IMG/VR virus record: IMGVR_UViG_3300017747_004606
Location: 1-25,430 of that record
DNA: 25,430 nt
Strand: one strand, 5' to 3'
From: a virus
Lineage: Duplodnaviria; Caudoviricetes
Notes under the pieces: generated by a model
Told to the model about the DNA's origin: nothing
Database searches by the model: none
The model's input: only the letters and a program-made list of their open reading frames with translations
Position numbers and translations under genes: made by a program
Shown: piece by piece, positions 7,801 to 16,212 of the stretch
Layout: each line of letters opens with the position of its first letter
Position numbering within the stretch: the stretch's first letter is position 1

Positions 7801-8145
7801 ATGACTGACCACCCAATCACCCCGCCGCCGGAGCTGGTGGCGTCACTGCGCAACTCGGCCCCGCATGGCATCGTAACCCGAGAGCTTTGGCTGATCAATC
7901 ACGCCTACGCCGCTGGCGCTGACCAGGAGCTAAACGAGTGCTGCAAGTGGCTACCCAAGTGGCTACCCAAGTTGCCGCCATGGAGCGCAGATGATCTCCA
8001 TAAACATCGCCGCCCCAAGCCGCCGAGCTTGAAGGAGGAGGCGCTTGACCAACTTAAAAGTCTTGAAGTGGCTTTTTTAATCACACATGGTGGCAATGCG
8101 AAAACCGAGACCATCCGCCGCGCTCTTGAATCCCTGCCCTCTTAG
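7801..8145 (+). CDS. MTxHPITPP-family hypothetical protein, paralog B
   Basis: Paralogous blocks with 7222-7542; internal 12-bp tandem duplication (KWLPKWLP) at 7944-7967. Confidence 0.8.
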   Translation: MTDHPITPPPELVASLRNSAPHGIVTRELWLINHAYAAGADQELNECCKWLPKWLPKLPPWSADDLHKHRRPKPPSLKEEALDQLKSLEVAFLITHGGNAKTETIRRALESLPS

Positions 8146-8172
8146 TCAACATCTTTAATCACCATGACTGAC
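8110..8172 (+). repeat. 63-bp direct repeat, copy 2
   Basis: 58/63 identical to 7507-7569. Confidence 0.9.
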
Positions 8173-8373
8173 TCTCGTTTATCCGTCGATCCTCCAGATA
8201 AGTCTTCTATCAGTTTCTACATGAGCCCGGCTTCCGAGGAAGTCATCCGAATCGACGCCAAAGGTTTCCACTACCGGGGCCAGTTCATTGACGATGCTGG
8301 TGAAGCGCACCGCCTGCTAGTGGAGTTTCTTCGCAAGCACCAGCCAGAAGGTCTCTGGAAACACGCTTCTTAG
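8164..8373 (+). CDS. Hypothetical phage protein
   Basis: 69-aa ORF starting ATGACTGAC and ending TAG-TC like its neighbours. Confidence 0.75.
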   Translation: MTDSRLSVDPPDKSSISFYMSPASEEVIRIDAKGFHYRGQFIDDAGEAHRLLVEFLRKHQPEGLWKHAS

Positions 8374-8385
8374 TCGACTCAACCA

Positions 8386-8517
8386 ATGAAGTTCCCCGTT
8401 CAAATCAACATCAGCAAGGAAGAGGTAATGGTTCTCTACCCAGCTCACTTCTTTTTCGCCTTTGTGTGGCTAGTTTGTCTTGGCGTTTTCGTGTACGTTC
8501 TCATTTCACTGCTATGA
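8386..8517 (+). CDS. 43-aa membrane peptide
   Basis: MKFPVQINISKEEVMVLYPAHFFFAFVWLVCLGVFVYVLISLL; read manually. Confidence 0.6.
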   Translation: MKFPVQINISKEEVMVLYPAHFFFAFVWLVCLGVFVYVLISLL

Positions 8518-8548
8518 CTGAATCTTCGCCTGTTTATGGAGCCAATCG

Positions 8549-8884
8549 ATGACTAGCGACACCCGCGCCCAACGCATCATCGACGAGTTCGAGGAGGCGG
8601 CCAGTTTTGACGAGGGGTACAGCGTCCGCCACGGCATCGCCGCTGTGCTACGCCACCTAGCCGACACTGATGCTCAGTATGGCGACATGGAATCGTTCTA
8701 TGCCGTTCCAACCCGCACCCTTGAAGACCTAGCCGACGCGCTAGATGCTCCAACCTTGCTGGAACGCGCCATGAAAGGCGACGCCACCGCCGCAAAGCAA
8801 TTCCTGTATGAAGCTGGCTTCACCGACAAGCAGGGCCAATGGCTACCGCAGTATCAACCCATCCCCGAGACCACCGATGAATGA
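8549..8884 (+). CDS. Hypothetical phage protein
   Basis: 111-aa ORF in co-oriented run. Confidence 0.75.
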   Translation: MTSDTRAQRIIDEFEEAASFDEGYSVRHGIAAVLRHLADTDAQYGDMESFYAVPTRTLEDLADALDAPTLLERAMKGDATAAKQFLYEAGFTDKQGQWLPQYQPIPETTDE

Positions 8885-9092
8885 CATCACGCTCTACAAG
8901 CTTGATGCTGCATTCACCTCCCTTCAAAAGTTTGACTGTCTCGCCAAACCTGATGCCTTCATAGAAGTGGCTCTATGGCACAACGGCGATGGCTTTGATG
9001 CTCACTTGAGCAGCTGCGGCGAGCAAACATTCAAGCTGACGTGGGGGGAGTTCAAGGCACTCAAGAAACTCGTCAAGGAGCTGGACAAATGA
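8877..9092 (+). CDS. Hypothetical phage protein (71 aa from ATG 8877)
   Basis: FIEVALWHNGDGFDA..LTWGEFKALKKL; 8-nt overlap with upstream gene. Confidence 0.7.
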   Translation: MNDITLYKLDAAFTSLQKFDCLAKPDAFIEVALWHNGDGFDAHLSSCGEQTFKLTWGEFKALKKLVKELDK

Positions 9093-9143
9093 CTGACCAA
9101 CTACTCCTAACCAACTTCTAACTTTCGCCAAATTAGAACTTCA

Positions 9144-10898
9144 ATGCCCCTCATCGACCCTCACTTACGCGTCGAAGTCCTCAACCGCACCGAAGACCCG
9201 CAGACCCTCTGCTGGTGGGCCATGCACCAGGACTACTCCGAGCACTTCGTCTTCGACGAGGAGCCCCCGAGCGAATCCGAGGCCGGCGAAATCTGTGTCA
9301 AGCGTCTACTCGCTGGAGATCGAGGCCACTACGGCTGCTACTCGGCTGACACGCTTGTTATGACCTCCACCGGTTGGAAGGCTTGGCCAGCCATTACGAC
9401 CGACGACCTTCTCCTGGCTGTAGACATTCAGACAGGCGCTGGACATTTTGAAGCGCCTAAATCCCTGCACGCTTACGCCGTCGAACCTGGGGATCACCTC
9501 TACGCCGCAGCCTCTCAACGGCTAAATCATCTCGTCACCCATGACCACCGCATGGTTGTCAGCTCACGCCGCAAAGACGGTACCTGGCAGGACTTCCGCT
9601 TTGAAAAAGCACGAGATGTCGTAGGGCGTCCTGTCCGCTACCGGGTGACAGCTGACCTGTCGTACTCAGACCGTCGTCTTCCTCTTGACCGTCCAAGCGG
9701 TGTGGACTTCCTCGATGCCTTGCGTATAGCCGGCTTCTACTTCGGTGACGGCGTGCGCAGCTCCAGCCATGAGCCAAGGTGCCTTCGCTTCCGCCTTAGG
9801 AAACAGCGCAAGATCGAGTACCTACAAGAGTTAAGTCCTTCAGTCGGAGTCTTGGAACCCAAGGCCAGCGATCGTTACACGCTGTACTGTGATTCTGTTG
9901 CCGCTTGGGTTGAGCGCCACTTCTCCACCGAGAACGGCAAGACTGTTCCATCTTGGCTTGTGCAATTACCTCGCCCAGAGCTTCTTGCTTTTCTTGAAGG
10001 GCTGCGCCAAAGTGACGGAACTAGGCACAAACCATCGACTGCGAACGGTGGCGAGAGCTGGGCCGTTGATTCAGTCGAAAAAGATGCGCTTGAGCGTGTT
10101 CAAGCTGCAGCTGTGCTCAATGGCATATCTGCATTGCTACTCCTTAACAACCACAACGAAGGCGTAGCGCATATCAAGCACCGCCCGTGTTGGCGGTTGT
10201 CCTTTAACTACGCACGTCCATTTGCGCGGTTTGAGGCCACTACTGGCCGCACACATGGAACAGAAGAAGCACAGCCCTATGAGGGCTTTGTCTACTGCGC
10301 CACCGTATCTACCGGCGCTTTACTTGTTTCTCGCAACGGTAAGCCTGTAGTGAGTGGCAACTGCCTCGAGCACCCCGCCATCACCTTCAACGTCGGCGGC
10401 TTCCCCCACTCAGTGATGCAGCAAGCCCGCACCCACCGCGTCGGCGTCAGCTTCGACGTCCAATCCGGCCGCTACACAGGCAGACGCATCCTTGATGTCT
10501 GCACGGGCGCGCGCGACGTCGAAGAAGTCTTCTACCTCCGCCCCGTCGGCACCTACCGAGACCGCCAGGGCAAGAAGTACGAGTACACCGAAGACCAGCG
10601 CATGATCCACCGGATCATCTGCGTCGACTCCGCCGGCCGCTACAAGCTCGCCCTCGAGGACGGCTTCAGCGAAGAGCACGCCCGGGACATCATCCCCTAC
10701 GCAATCCGCCAGGACTTCGTGGTGTCCTTCAACCTGCGCTCGCTACTGCACTTCATGGATCTCCGCGCAAAGCGCGACGCCCAACTCGAGATCCAGGCGC
10801 TCTGCGATCTGATGTGGCCCCACTTAGAGCTGTGGGCCCCCGAGATCGCCGCCTGGTACGGCGCCTCGCGCCTCCACAAAGCCCGCCTTGCACCCTGA
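9144..10898 (+). CDS. thyX: FAD-dependent thymidylate synthase ThyX, intein-containing (242 aa after splicing)
   Basis: GHYG|CLEHP, QQARTHRVGVSFDVQSGRY, EEHAR, NLRSLLHF, AQLEI motifs. Confidence 0.95.
   Translation: MPLIDPHLRVEVLNRTEDPQTLCWWAMHQDYSEHFVFDEEPPSESEAGEICVKRLLAGDRGHYGCYSADTLVMTSTGWKAWPAITTDDLLLAVDIQTGAGHFEAPKSLHAYAVEPGDHLYAAASQRLNHLVTHDHRMVVSSRRKDGTWQDFRFEKARDVVGRPVRYRVTADLSYSDRRLPLDRPSGVDFLDALRIAGFYFGDGVRSSSHEPRCLRFRLRKQRKIEYLQELSPSVGVLEPKASDRYTLYCDSVAAWVERHFSTENGKTVPSWLVQLPRPELLAFLEGLRQSDGTRHKPSTANGGESWAVDSVEKDALERVQAAAVLNGISALLLLNNHNEGVAHIKHRPCWRLSFNYARPFARFEATTGRTHGTEEAQPYEGFVYCATVSTGALLVSRNGKPVVSGNCLEHPAITFNVGGFPHSVMQQARTHRVGVSFDVQSGRYTGRRILDVCTGARDVEEVFYLRPVGTYRDRQGKKYEYTEDQRMIHRIICVDSAGRYKLALEDGFSEEHARDIIPYAIRQDFVVSFNLRSLLHFMDLRAKRDAQLEIQALCDLMWPHLELWAPEIAAWYGASRLHKARLAP
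9336..10361 (+). mobile_element. Intein (342 aa) with LAGLIDADG-type homing endonuclease region
   Basis: Starts CYSADTLVMT, block B VTHDHRM, LAGLIDADG-like IAGFYFGDG and FLEGLRQSDG, ends VYCATV..VVSGN before Cys+1; codon usage differs from exteins. Confidence 0.92.
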
Positions 10899-10903
10899 AA
10901 CCA

Positions 10904-11305
10904 ATGAAACGCGATCTACAGCCCGCTCCATACCTGCTAAACAAGTTCCCTGAGTTTGATAAAAACTTGGCAGAAAGAATAGTCGAGCGCCTAGAAGAGT
11001 ATGATTATTCGACATTCGCGGAATTACAACAGAACCTGGACGATCTATGCGTCAAAAACGAAGACCTGGGATACGCGTGGTCTGTAGGTTATCCAAACGT
11101 TATTGTCTGGACTCATTTTACGCTCAAAGGGCTTTGCACCCTCGTCCACCTTAGAAAAACAGGTGTTATCGAGCTAGATCCTTGCCCTATTCTCTATTAC
11201 AAGATGGATGGAAGGCTACTAACTTATCCATTAGTCGAAAGACCACCAAGCTGTGGCTACAAAAAGCCGCACTGGTTGCCGACAGTTGTGCACCTAAAGA
11301 AGTGA
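10904..11305 (+). CDS. Hypothetical protein, AT-richer; resembles a small mobile-element family (NVIVW..YxxDG..LxYPL..YKKPHWLP)
   Basis: 133 aa from ATG 10904; atypical codon usage; family resemblance from memory only. Confidence 0.7.
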   Translation: MKRDLQPAPYLLNKFPEFDKNLAERIVERLEEYDYSTFAELQQNLDDLCVKNEDLGYAWSVGYPNVIVWTHFTLKGLCTLVHLRKTGVIELDPCPILYYKMDGRLLTYPLVERPPSCGYKKPHWLPTVVHLKK

Positions 11306-11367
11306 AAACTAGATGACTTAAACAACCCACCTCAGTACTCTCAGGCTCTCCATTTAACACATTTCAC

Positions 11368-11535
11368 ATGGCCCTCATCACCATCCGCTCCACTCCCGAC
11401 GGCTACTACCACTGGGAGCTCCACGACGGCCCTGACGGCGCCTTCACCTACGCCGGCACCGCCCCCCTCCTCGAGCGCTGCTTCGAAGACATCCTCCGCG
11501 CCCAATGGGCCCTCGCCGAAAGCCTTACCTCGTGA
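11368..11535 (+). CDS. Small hypothetical protein (55 aa, MALITIRSTPDG...)
   Basis: Read manually; strong codon bias; GTGA overlap with next gene. Confidence 0.75.
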   Translation: MALITIRSTPDGYYHWELHDGPDGAFTYAGTAPLLERCFEDILRAQWALAESLTS

Positions 11536-12014
11536 CCCCACACCCCTGCCCCGAGTGCGGCAGCCCTTCCACCTTTGTCCTCCGCACCGACAATCTCCGC
11601 AACGGCACCACCCGCCGCCGCCTCGCCTGTCGCTCCTGCACCCACCGCTGGACCCTCCTCGACGGACCCCTCCCTGATCGCCCCGCCTACCAACCCCGCG
11701 CCACCCCTTACAGCCCCCGCGGCCTCACCGAGCGCGACATTGTCTCCATCCTTCTCTCCACCGAGCCCGACCGCACCCTCGCCTCCCTCTACAACTGCAG
11801 CCGCCAATCCATCGTCAACATCCGCCTCGGCCGCACCTTCCCAACCATCCGCCCCGACATCCCCCGCCGCATCTCCGGTCGCGCTTACAGCGCCCCCGGC
11901 CCAACCTGCACCACCTGCTCCCATTGGAGCGGCACCTGCTGCACCTTCGGCTTCCCTGAAGCCGCAACCGACCACACCTTCGCCCGCGACTGCGACCTCT
12001 TCTTGGTCGCATAA
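11532..12014 (+). CDS. NrdR-like N-terminal zinc ribbon + HTH + C-terminal Cys cluster protein
   Basis: [20 protein letters not shown]; [20 protein letters not shown]; CTTCSHW..CC..C; GTG start at 11532. Confidence 0.75.
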   Translation: MTPHPCPECGSPSTFVLRTDNLRNGTTRRRLACRSCTHRWTLLDGPLPDRPAYQPRATPYSPRGLTERDIVSILLSTEPDRTLASLYNCSRQSIVNIRLGRTFPTIRPDIPRRISGRAYSAPGPTCTTCSHWSGTCCTFGFPEAATDHTFARDCDLFLVA

Positions 12015-12033
12015 CGCCATAACACTATCGTCA

Positions 12034-13668
12034 ATGATCCTCTCCGACACCGAGATCACCGCCCTCGCCACCGAGGCCGCCATGATCACCCCATTCATCT
12101 CCGCCCTGGTGCGCACCCGCCGCGACGAGCGCCGCGTCCTCAGCTACGGCCTCTCCAGCTACGGCTACGACCTGCGCCTCAGCCCCCGCGAGTTTTACAC
12201 ATTTCAGCCGCTGCGCGAGGGCAACACAGACCACCACGCCATCGTCGACCCGAAGGACTTCAACCCCGCACACCTCACCCCCACCCCACTCCACAACACC
12301 CCCGAGGGCGACTCCTATTTCATCCTCCCGGCCCACAGCTACGGCCTGGGCGTTGCCGTCGAGCACCTGGCTCTACCCGCCGACATCACCGCCCTCTTTA
12401 TAGGTAAAAGCACCTACGCGCGCTGTTTTACTGGAGACACAAAGGTAAAGCTAGTCGATGGAGATTACAGCTTCCTCGATCTCATCAAACGAGAAGAGAA
12501 TGGAGAGGAGCTGTGGGGCTATGGAGTTAAAGAAGGCAAGATTGGCATTCAGCGGCTTTACGCACCTCGCTTAATTGAGAACTCAGAAGTTGTAGAGGTT
12601 GTGCTTGACAACAACATTTCTATTCGCTGCACGGGCGACCATGCATTCCTCATGAGAGACGGCACTCGCAAACAAGCGCAAAATCTTTTACCGGACGATT
12701 CGCTCCACGCTATCTATGACTGCCATAGCCATGGCTACTCGGCTATTTATGATCCTGTGTATGCCTCAACGCTGCCTACAAAGGACAGGACTGCTTCGAT
12801 GCAGCCTGTTCATAGAATGGTCGCGACCAAGGTGTACGGCAGTAGCGGTTTACACGTCCACCACAAGGATGGCAATAGGAGCAACAACCATCCCAACAAC
12901 CTAGAGCTAATGAGCGCAGCGGAGCACGCCGTGCTGCACAACCAAGAGCATCAGCATCACCTTCGTGGCGGTACTAGGTTTGCGGAGTTATATAGAGAAG
13001 ACGCAGGATTTAGGGCGCACATTAGCGCTCGACTCCACAGCGAGGAGTCGAAGCGGAAGGCTGCCATGAATACTCGATGGTGGAAGGAGTCTGACGAAAA
13101 CAAGCTACGCCTAGCAGAGGCACGCAACAAGCGATGGGCACAGCTTGGTGCTAAGGAGAAGCAGGCGGCGGTAATGGCGCGCATCCGTACACGCCAAGAC
13201 GTGACTGAGGAGACCGTTACGCAGGCTTTGCTCCAGACAGGGACGATCAGGGGAGCCGCCAAGCTCCTCAATGTGGACCGCACCGCCTTCCGGCGCATGC
13301 CTCACATCATCCAATCCTTCAAGGAGGGCAAGCTACGGGCAAACCACAAGGTCCGGGAGGTACGCCCTGTTGAGGGGGTCCATCCCACGTACTGCTTAAC
13401 CGCCGAGACCGGAAACTTCGCGCTTGCTGCCGGGGTCTTTGTCAACAACTGTGGCGTCATCGCCAACACCACCCCCGGCGAAGCCGGCTGGCATGGCCAC
13501 CTCACCCTCGAGTTCAGCAACAGCTCCAGCTCTCCCTGTCGCATTTACACAAACGAGGGCATCGTCCAAGCCCTGTTCTTCCGCGGCGCTCCATGCGCTA
13601 CCTGCTACCAAACCCGCGCTGGCAAGTACCAAGACCAACCCGAGCGCGTCATCACCGCTCGCATCTGA
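12034..13668 (+). CDS. dcd: dCTP deaminase, intein-containing (202 aa after splicing)
   Basis: [25 protein letters not shown]|[25 protein letters not shown]; true start ATG 12034. Confidence 0.95.
   Translation: MILSDTEITALATEAAMITPFISALVRTRRDERRVLSYGLSSYGYDLRLSPREFYTFQPLREGNTDHHAIVDPKDFNPAHLTPTPLHNTPEGDSYFILPAHSYGLGVAVEHLALPADITALFIGKSTYARCFTGDTKVKLVDGDYSFLDLIKREENGEELWGYGVKEGKIGIQRLYAPRLIENSEVVEVVLDNNISIRCTGDHAFLMRDGTRKQAQNLLPDDSLHAIYDCHSHGYSAIYDPVYASTLPTKDRTASMQPVHRMVATKVYGSSGLHVHHKDGNRSNNHPNNLELMSAAEHAVLHNQEHQHHLRGGTRFAELYREDAGFRAHISARLHSEESKRKAAMNTRWWKESDENKLRLAEARNKRWAQLGAKEKQAAVMARIRTRQDVTEETVTQALLQTGTIRGAAKLLNVDRTAFRRMPHIIQSFKEGKLRANHKVREVRPVEGVHPTYCLTAETGNFALAAGVFVNNCGVIANTTPGEAGWHGHLTLEFSNSSSSPCRIYTNEGIVQALFFRGAPCATCYQTRAGKYQDQPERVITARI
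12424..13449 (+). mobile_element. Intein (342 aa) with HNH endonuclease and HTH
   Basis: Starts CFTGDTKV, block [52 protein letters not shown], ends [12 protein letters not shown] before Cys+1. Confidence 0.92.
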
Positions 13669-13731
13669 CAACTTCAAACCAGCCGGTAGTCTCTACCTAT
13701 AATCTGAACATATCGGAACAGAACAGCAGCG

Positions 13732-14223
13732 GTGGCCAATCGCGTTTACGGCTCTGACGGTCTCAACGAGCGGCAACGCGTTGCTGCCACCCTGCTAGCC
13801 CGCGGAACAACCATCCGCGAAACTGCCCGCAAAATCGGCGTCAGCGAAAAGTCCGTCTACACCTGGCGCCAGCGCCCCGCTGTGCAACAAGCCATCGCCC
13901 GAATCCAGCAGGAGCTCCTCTCCGAGACCGGTGGCATGAACATCAGCACGATCCCTGCCGCCATCAACGTCCTCGACAGCATCATCAACGACGAGGATGC
14001 CCGCGCTTCCGACCGCATCGCCGCCGCCCGCACCCTGATGAGCGGTGCCCAGGCCTATCAGGAACGCCGCATCCTCGAACGCCAGATTGCCGACCTGGAG
14101 CGTCAGCTCCTGCGCCTCACGACCACCCACGACGCGGCCGCTGACGCTCTCTCCGCCGCTCCCGACCCCGAGGACGACGACCTGCTGCTCCCATCCGCTG
14201 ACCCCGCGGACTTTGACAGCTGA
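13732..14223 (+). CDS. terS: Probable terminase small subunit (N-terminal HTH)
   Basis: LNERQRVAATLLARG..ETARKIGVSEKSVYTW; immediately upstream of and TGATG-coupled to TerL; TATAAT at 13698-13703 upstream. Confidence 0.75.
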   Translation: MANRVYGSDGLNERQRVAATLLARGTTIRETARKIGVSEKSVYTWRQRPAVQQAIARIQQELLSETGGMNISTIPAAINVLDSIINDEDARASDRIAAARTLMSGAQAYQERRILERQIADLERQLLRLTTTHDAAADALSAAPDPEDDDLLLPSADPADFDS

Positions 14224-15626
14224 TGCCTTCCGTATCCACCCTCCGCAAACGCGTCGAGCGCCTCCAAACAGAGCTAGCCCGCCGCCAAGCCCGCGCCGCC
14301 CTTTACGAGGCCGGAACCGCTTCCACTCTCCCCGTAGTTGGTGAGTGGCCGTTGTTCGCACGACGCACCTGGATTCGCACCAGCGGAACGGTCGCTCCTT
14401 TTGACCCCTACGCCTATCAGATCGACCTGATTCGCTCCATCAACGAGCACCCCAACACCCTCGTCAACAAGTCCCGCCAGACCGGCGTCTCCGAGACCGT
14501 CTGCAACTACCTCCTCTGCCGCGCCCTCACCGAGCGCGGCTTCGCCGCTGTGGTGTTCAGCAAGACGCAGCAGGACGCCTCCGAGCTCGGTCGCCGCGTG
14601 CGCGCCATGGCCAACAGCCTCCGCGGCGAGACCGTCCGCTACCTGACTGACAGCAACACCCAGCTCGCCTTTGAGGGGCGTGGCACGCTGTACTTCCTTC
14701 CGGCCTCACCCCGCGCTGCCCGGGGCATCCCCAGCTGCTCCGTCCTGTTCATGGACGAAGCCGCCTTCCTCGAGGGCGCCGCCGAGATCTACCGCGGCGC
14801 TATGCCCACGCTCTCCATGGTGGGCGACGCGGCCAAGGTCATCGTGGTCTCCACCCCAGACACCGAGCTCGACTGGTTCGGCCAGCTCTGGCACTCCGAC
14901 GAAGGCGCCTGGAACAAGGTCGCCATCCACTACTCCCAGCACCCCATCTACGGCGCTGACCCCAACTGGGCCCGCCGCACCCGCGAGTCGCGCCGCATGA
15001 CGCTCGCGGCATGGAACTCCGAGTACGAGCTGCAGTTTGGTGCCACTGACACCCAGATCTATCCCAACGATCTGATCAGTCGCGCCTCCCGTGGCCATTG
15101 GCGCGAATGTGGCTCTATCAACCGCAGTTACGTCATCGGCATCGACCCCAACGGCGGCGGCAACGACTACTTCGTAGCAATGGTGCTTGACATCACTACT
15201 ACGCCCTACGAAGTCGTAGGTATGTACCGCGAAAACGGCAAAAGTACAGATTACAGCTTGAAACATGTAAAAACCTTAATCGAAGACTACATGCCACAAC
15301 GCGTAATTGTGGAGAAACAAGCGATGGGCTCCGTCATCGCTGAAGCACTGCAGCATGTACTGCCAAACTACGCCATTGAAACGTTCAGTACCAGTCGGCC
15401 ATCTAAGAACGTAGCCACAGACAGGATTCTCTACCTGCTCGAGCGCGACGAGCTCGTATTCCCGGCGGGCATCATCGCCGACGAACTCCGCGCCTTTCAA
15501 CAGCAGGAAAGCGGTGCACGCCAAGCCGTAAGCGGCGCCCACGACGACACTGTCATGGCCCTTGCGTTTGCCTGTTCACTTATCCCAGAGACGCCAGCTA
15601 CTGCCAGTTTCTTTGACAACATCTAG
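14223..15626 (+). CDS. terL: Terminase large subunit
   Basis: PYAYQ, Walker A KSRQTGVS, Walker B VLFMDEAAF, VVSTP, nuclease IGIDP and HDDTVMALA. Confidence 0.95.
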   Translation: MPSVSTLRKRVERLQTELARRQARAALYEAGTASTLPVVGEWPLFARRTWIRTSGTVAPFDPYAYQIDLIRSINEHPNTLVNKSRQTGVSETVCNYLLCRALTERGFAAVVFSKTQQDASELGRRVRAMANSLRGETVRYLTDSNTQLAFEGRGTLYFLPASPRAARGIPSCSVLFMDEAAFLEGAAEIYRGAMPTLSMVGDAAKVIVVSTPDTELDWFGQLWHSDEGAWNKVAIHYSQHPIYGADPNWARRTRESRRMTLAAWNSEYELQFGATDTQIYPNDLISRASRGHWRECGSINRSYVIGIDPNGGGNDYFVAMVLDITTTPYEVVGMYRENGKSTDYSLKHVKTLIEDYMPQRVIVEKQAMGSVIAEALQHVLPNYAIETFSTSRPSKNVATDRILYLLERDELVFPAGIIADELRAFQQQESGARQAVSGAHDDTVMALAFACSLIPETPATASFFDNI

Positions 15627-15685
15627 TACCTTCCGCTACGGTGCGTTCACCGAGAGCGTCAGCAGAGGCACGCCTCGAAGACGAC

Positions 15686-16015
15686 TCAGGCGGCTGCCCA
15701 CCCTTGAGTCGCCTCATTGACCCAGAGTTGAATTGCGTCTTCTCTATGCGGAGACCACCAGCTCTGTTGTCTGAACCAATGCTGCCAATCCATCTCACTG
15801 CCTTTAGCCCGGTTGCAGGGAGCGCAGCAGCAAACCAGGTTTGAACGGTCACTCCGCCCTCCGCGACACCGAGGCCGTACGTGATCCAGCGTGTCCCCCG
15901 GCTGCCCGCAGTAAGCACAAAGGGATCCCCAGCTACTGAGGATCCCTTCGCGAAACTGCTGTTTGGCTTGCCGCTTGGTCAGGAGACGTGATCCATCAAT
16001 CCGATGGTCAACCAT
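15686..16015 (-). CDS. HNH endonuclease (McrA-like, zinc-binding)
   Basis: CAYCG..TLDHVRPRCRGG..NLVCCCAPCNRAKG. Confidence 0.9.
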   Translation of the reverse strand: MVDHRIDGSRLLTKRQAKQQFREGILSSWGSLCAYCGQPGDTLDHVRPRCRGGRSDRSNLVCCCAPCNRAKGSEMDWQHWFRQQSWWSPHREDAIQLWVNEATQGWAAA

Positions 16016-16077
16016 GCCCTGGTAAGTGGCTGCCCCAGGCTAGCGATTGGCCCGCCTGTCAACTCCTGCACAGATAC

Positions 16078-16149
16078 GTTACAAAATACAGAAATCAGTT
16101 ACCAGATACAGCTATACGTTACCAGATACACGTGCATCTGGTAACTGAT
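16078..16149. repeat. Three 13-bp direct repeats at 20-bp period plus a perfect 14-bp inverted repeat
   Basis: GTTACAAAATACA 16078, GTTACCAGATACA 16098 and 16118; ATCAGTTACCAGAT 16094-16107 versus ATCTGGTAACTGAT 16136-16149. Confidence 0.85.
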
Positions 16150-16212
16150 CTCTATGAGCTCTCGCTATAAACCGCTACGCTTGCACCAGCTCTCCCCGAG
16201 CCTGCTTGCGCT

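Noticed and set aside
7507-8172. Repeat pairs as DGR template/variable repeats (also 22569/23309)
   Set aside because: Mismatches are not adenine-specific and no reverse transcriptase is present in the window
11575-12033. Pro/Ser/Ala-rich 153-aa N-terminal extension of Dcd in the ORF track
   Set aside because: It is an alternate frame of the zinc-ribbon gene 11532-12014; Dcd homology starts at MILSD (12034)
9336-13449. Both inteins are exactly 1026 nt
   Set aside because: They have different nuclease types and no visible sequence similarity beyond splicing motifs; treated as coincidence
16078-16149. Repeat array as a mini-CRISPR
   Set aside because: Repeats of 13 bp with 7-bp gaps are far too short, and there are no cas genes
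15988-16170. 60-aa + strand ORF over the repeat array
   Set aside because: Atypical codon usage, overlaps the HNH start and spans an apparent regulatory repeat region
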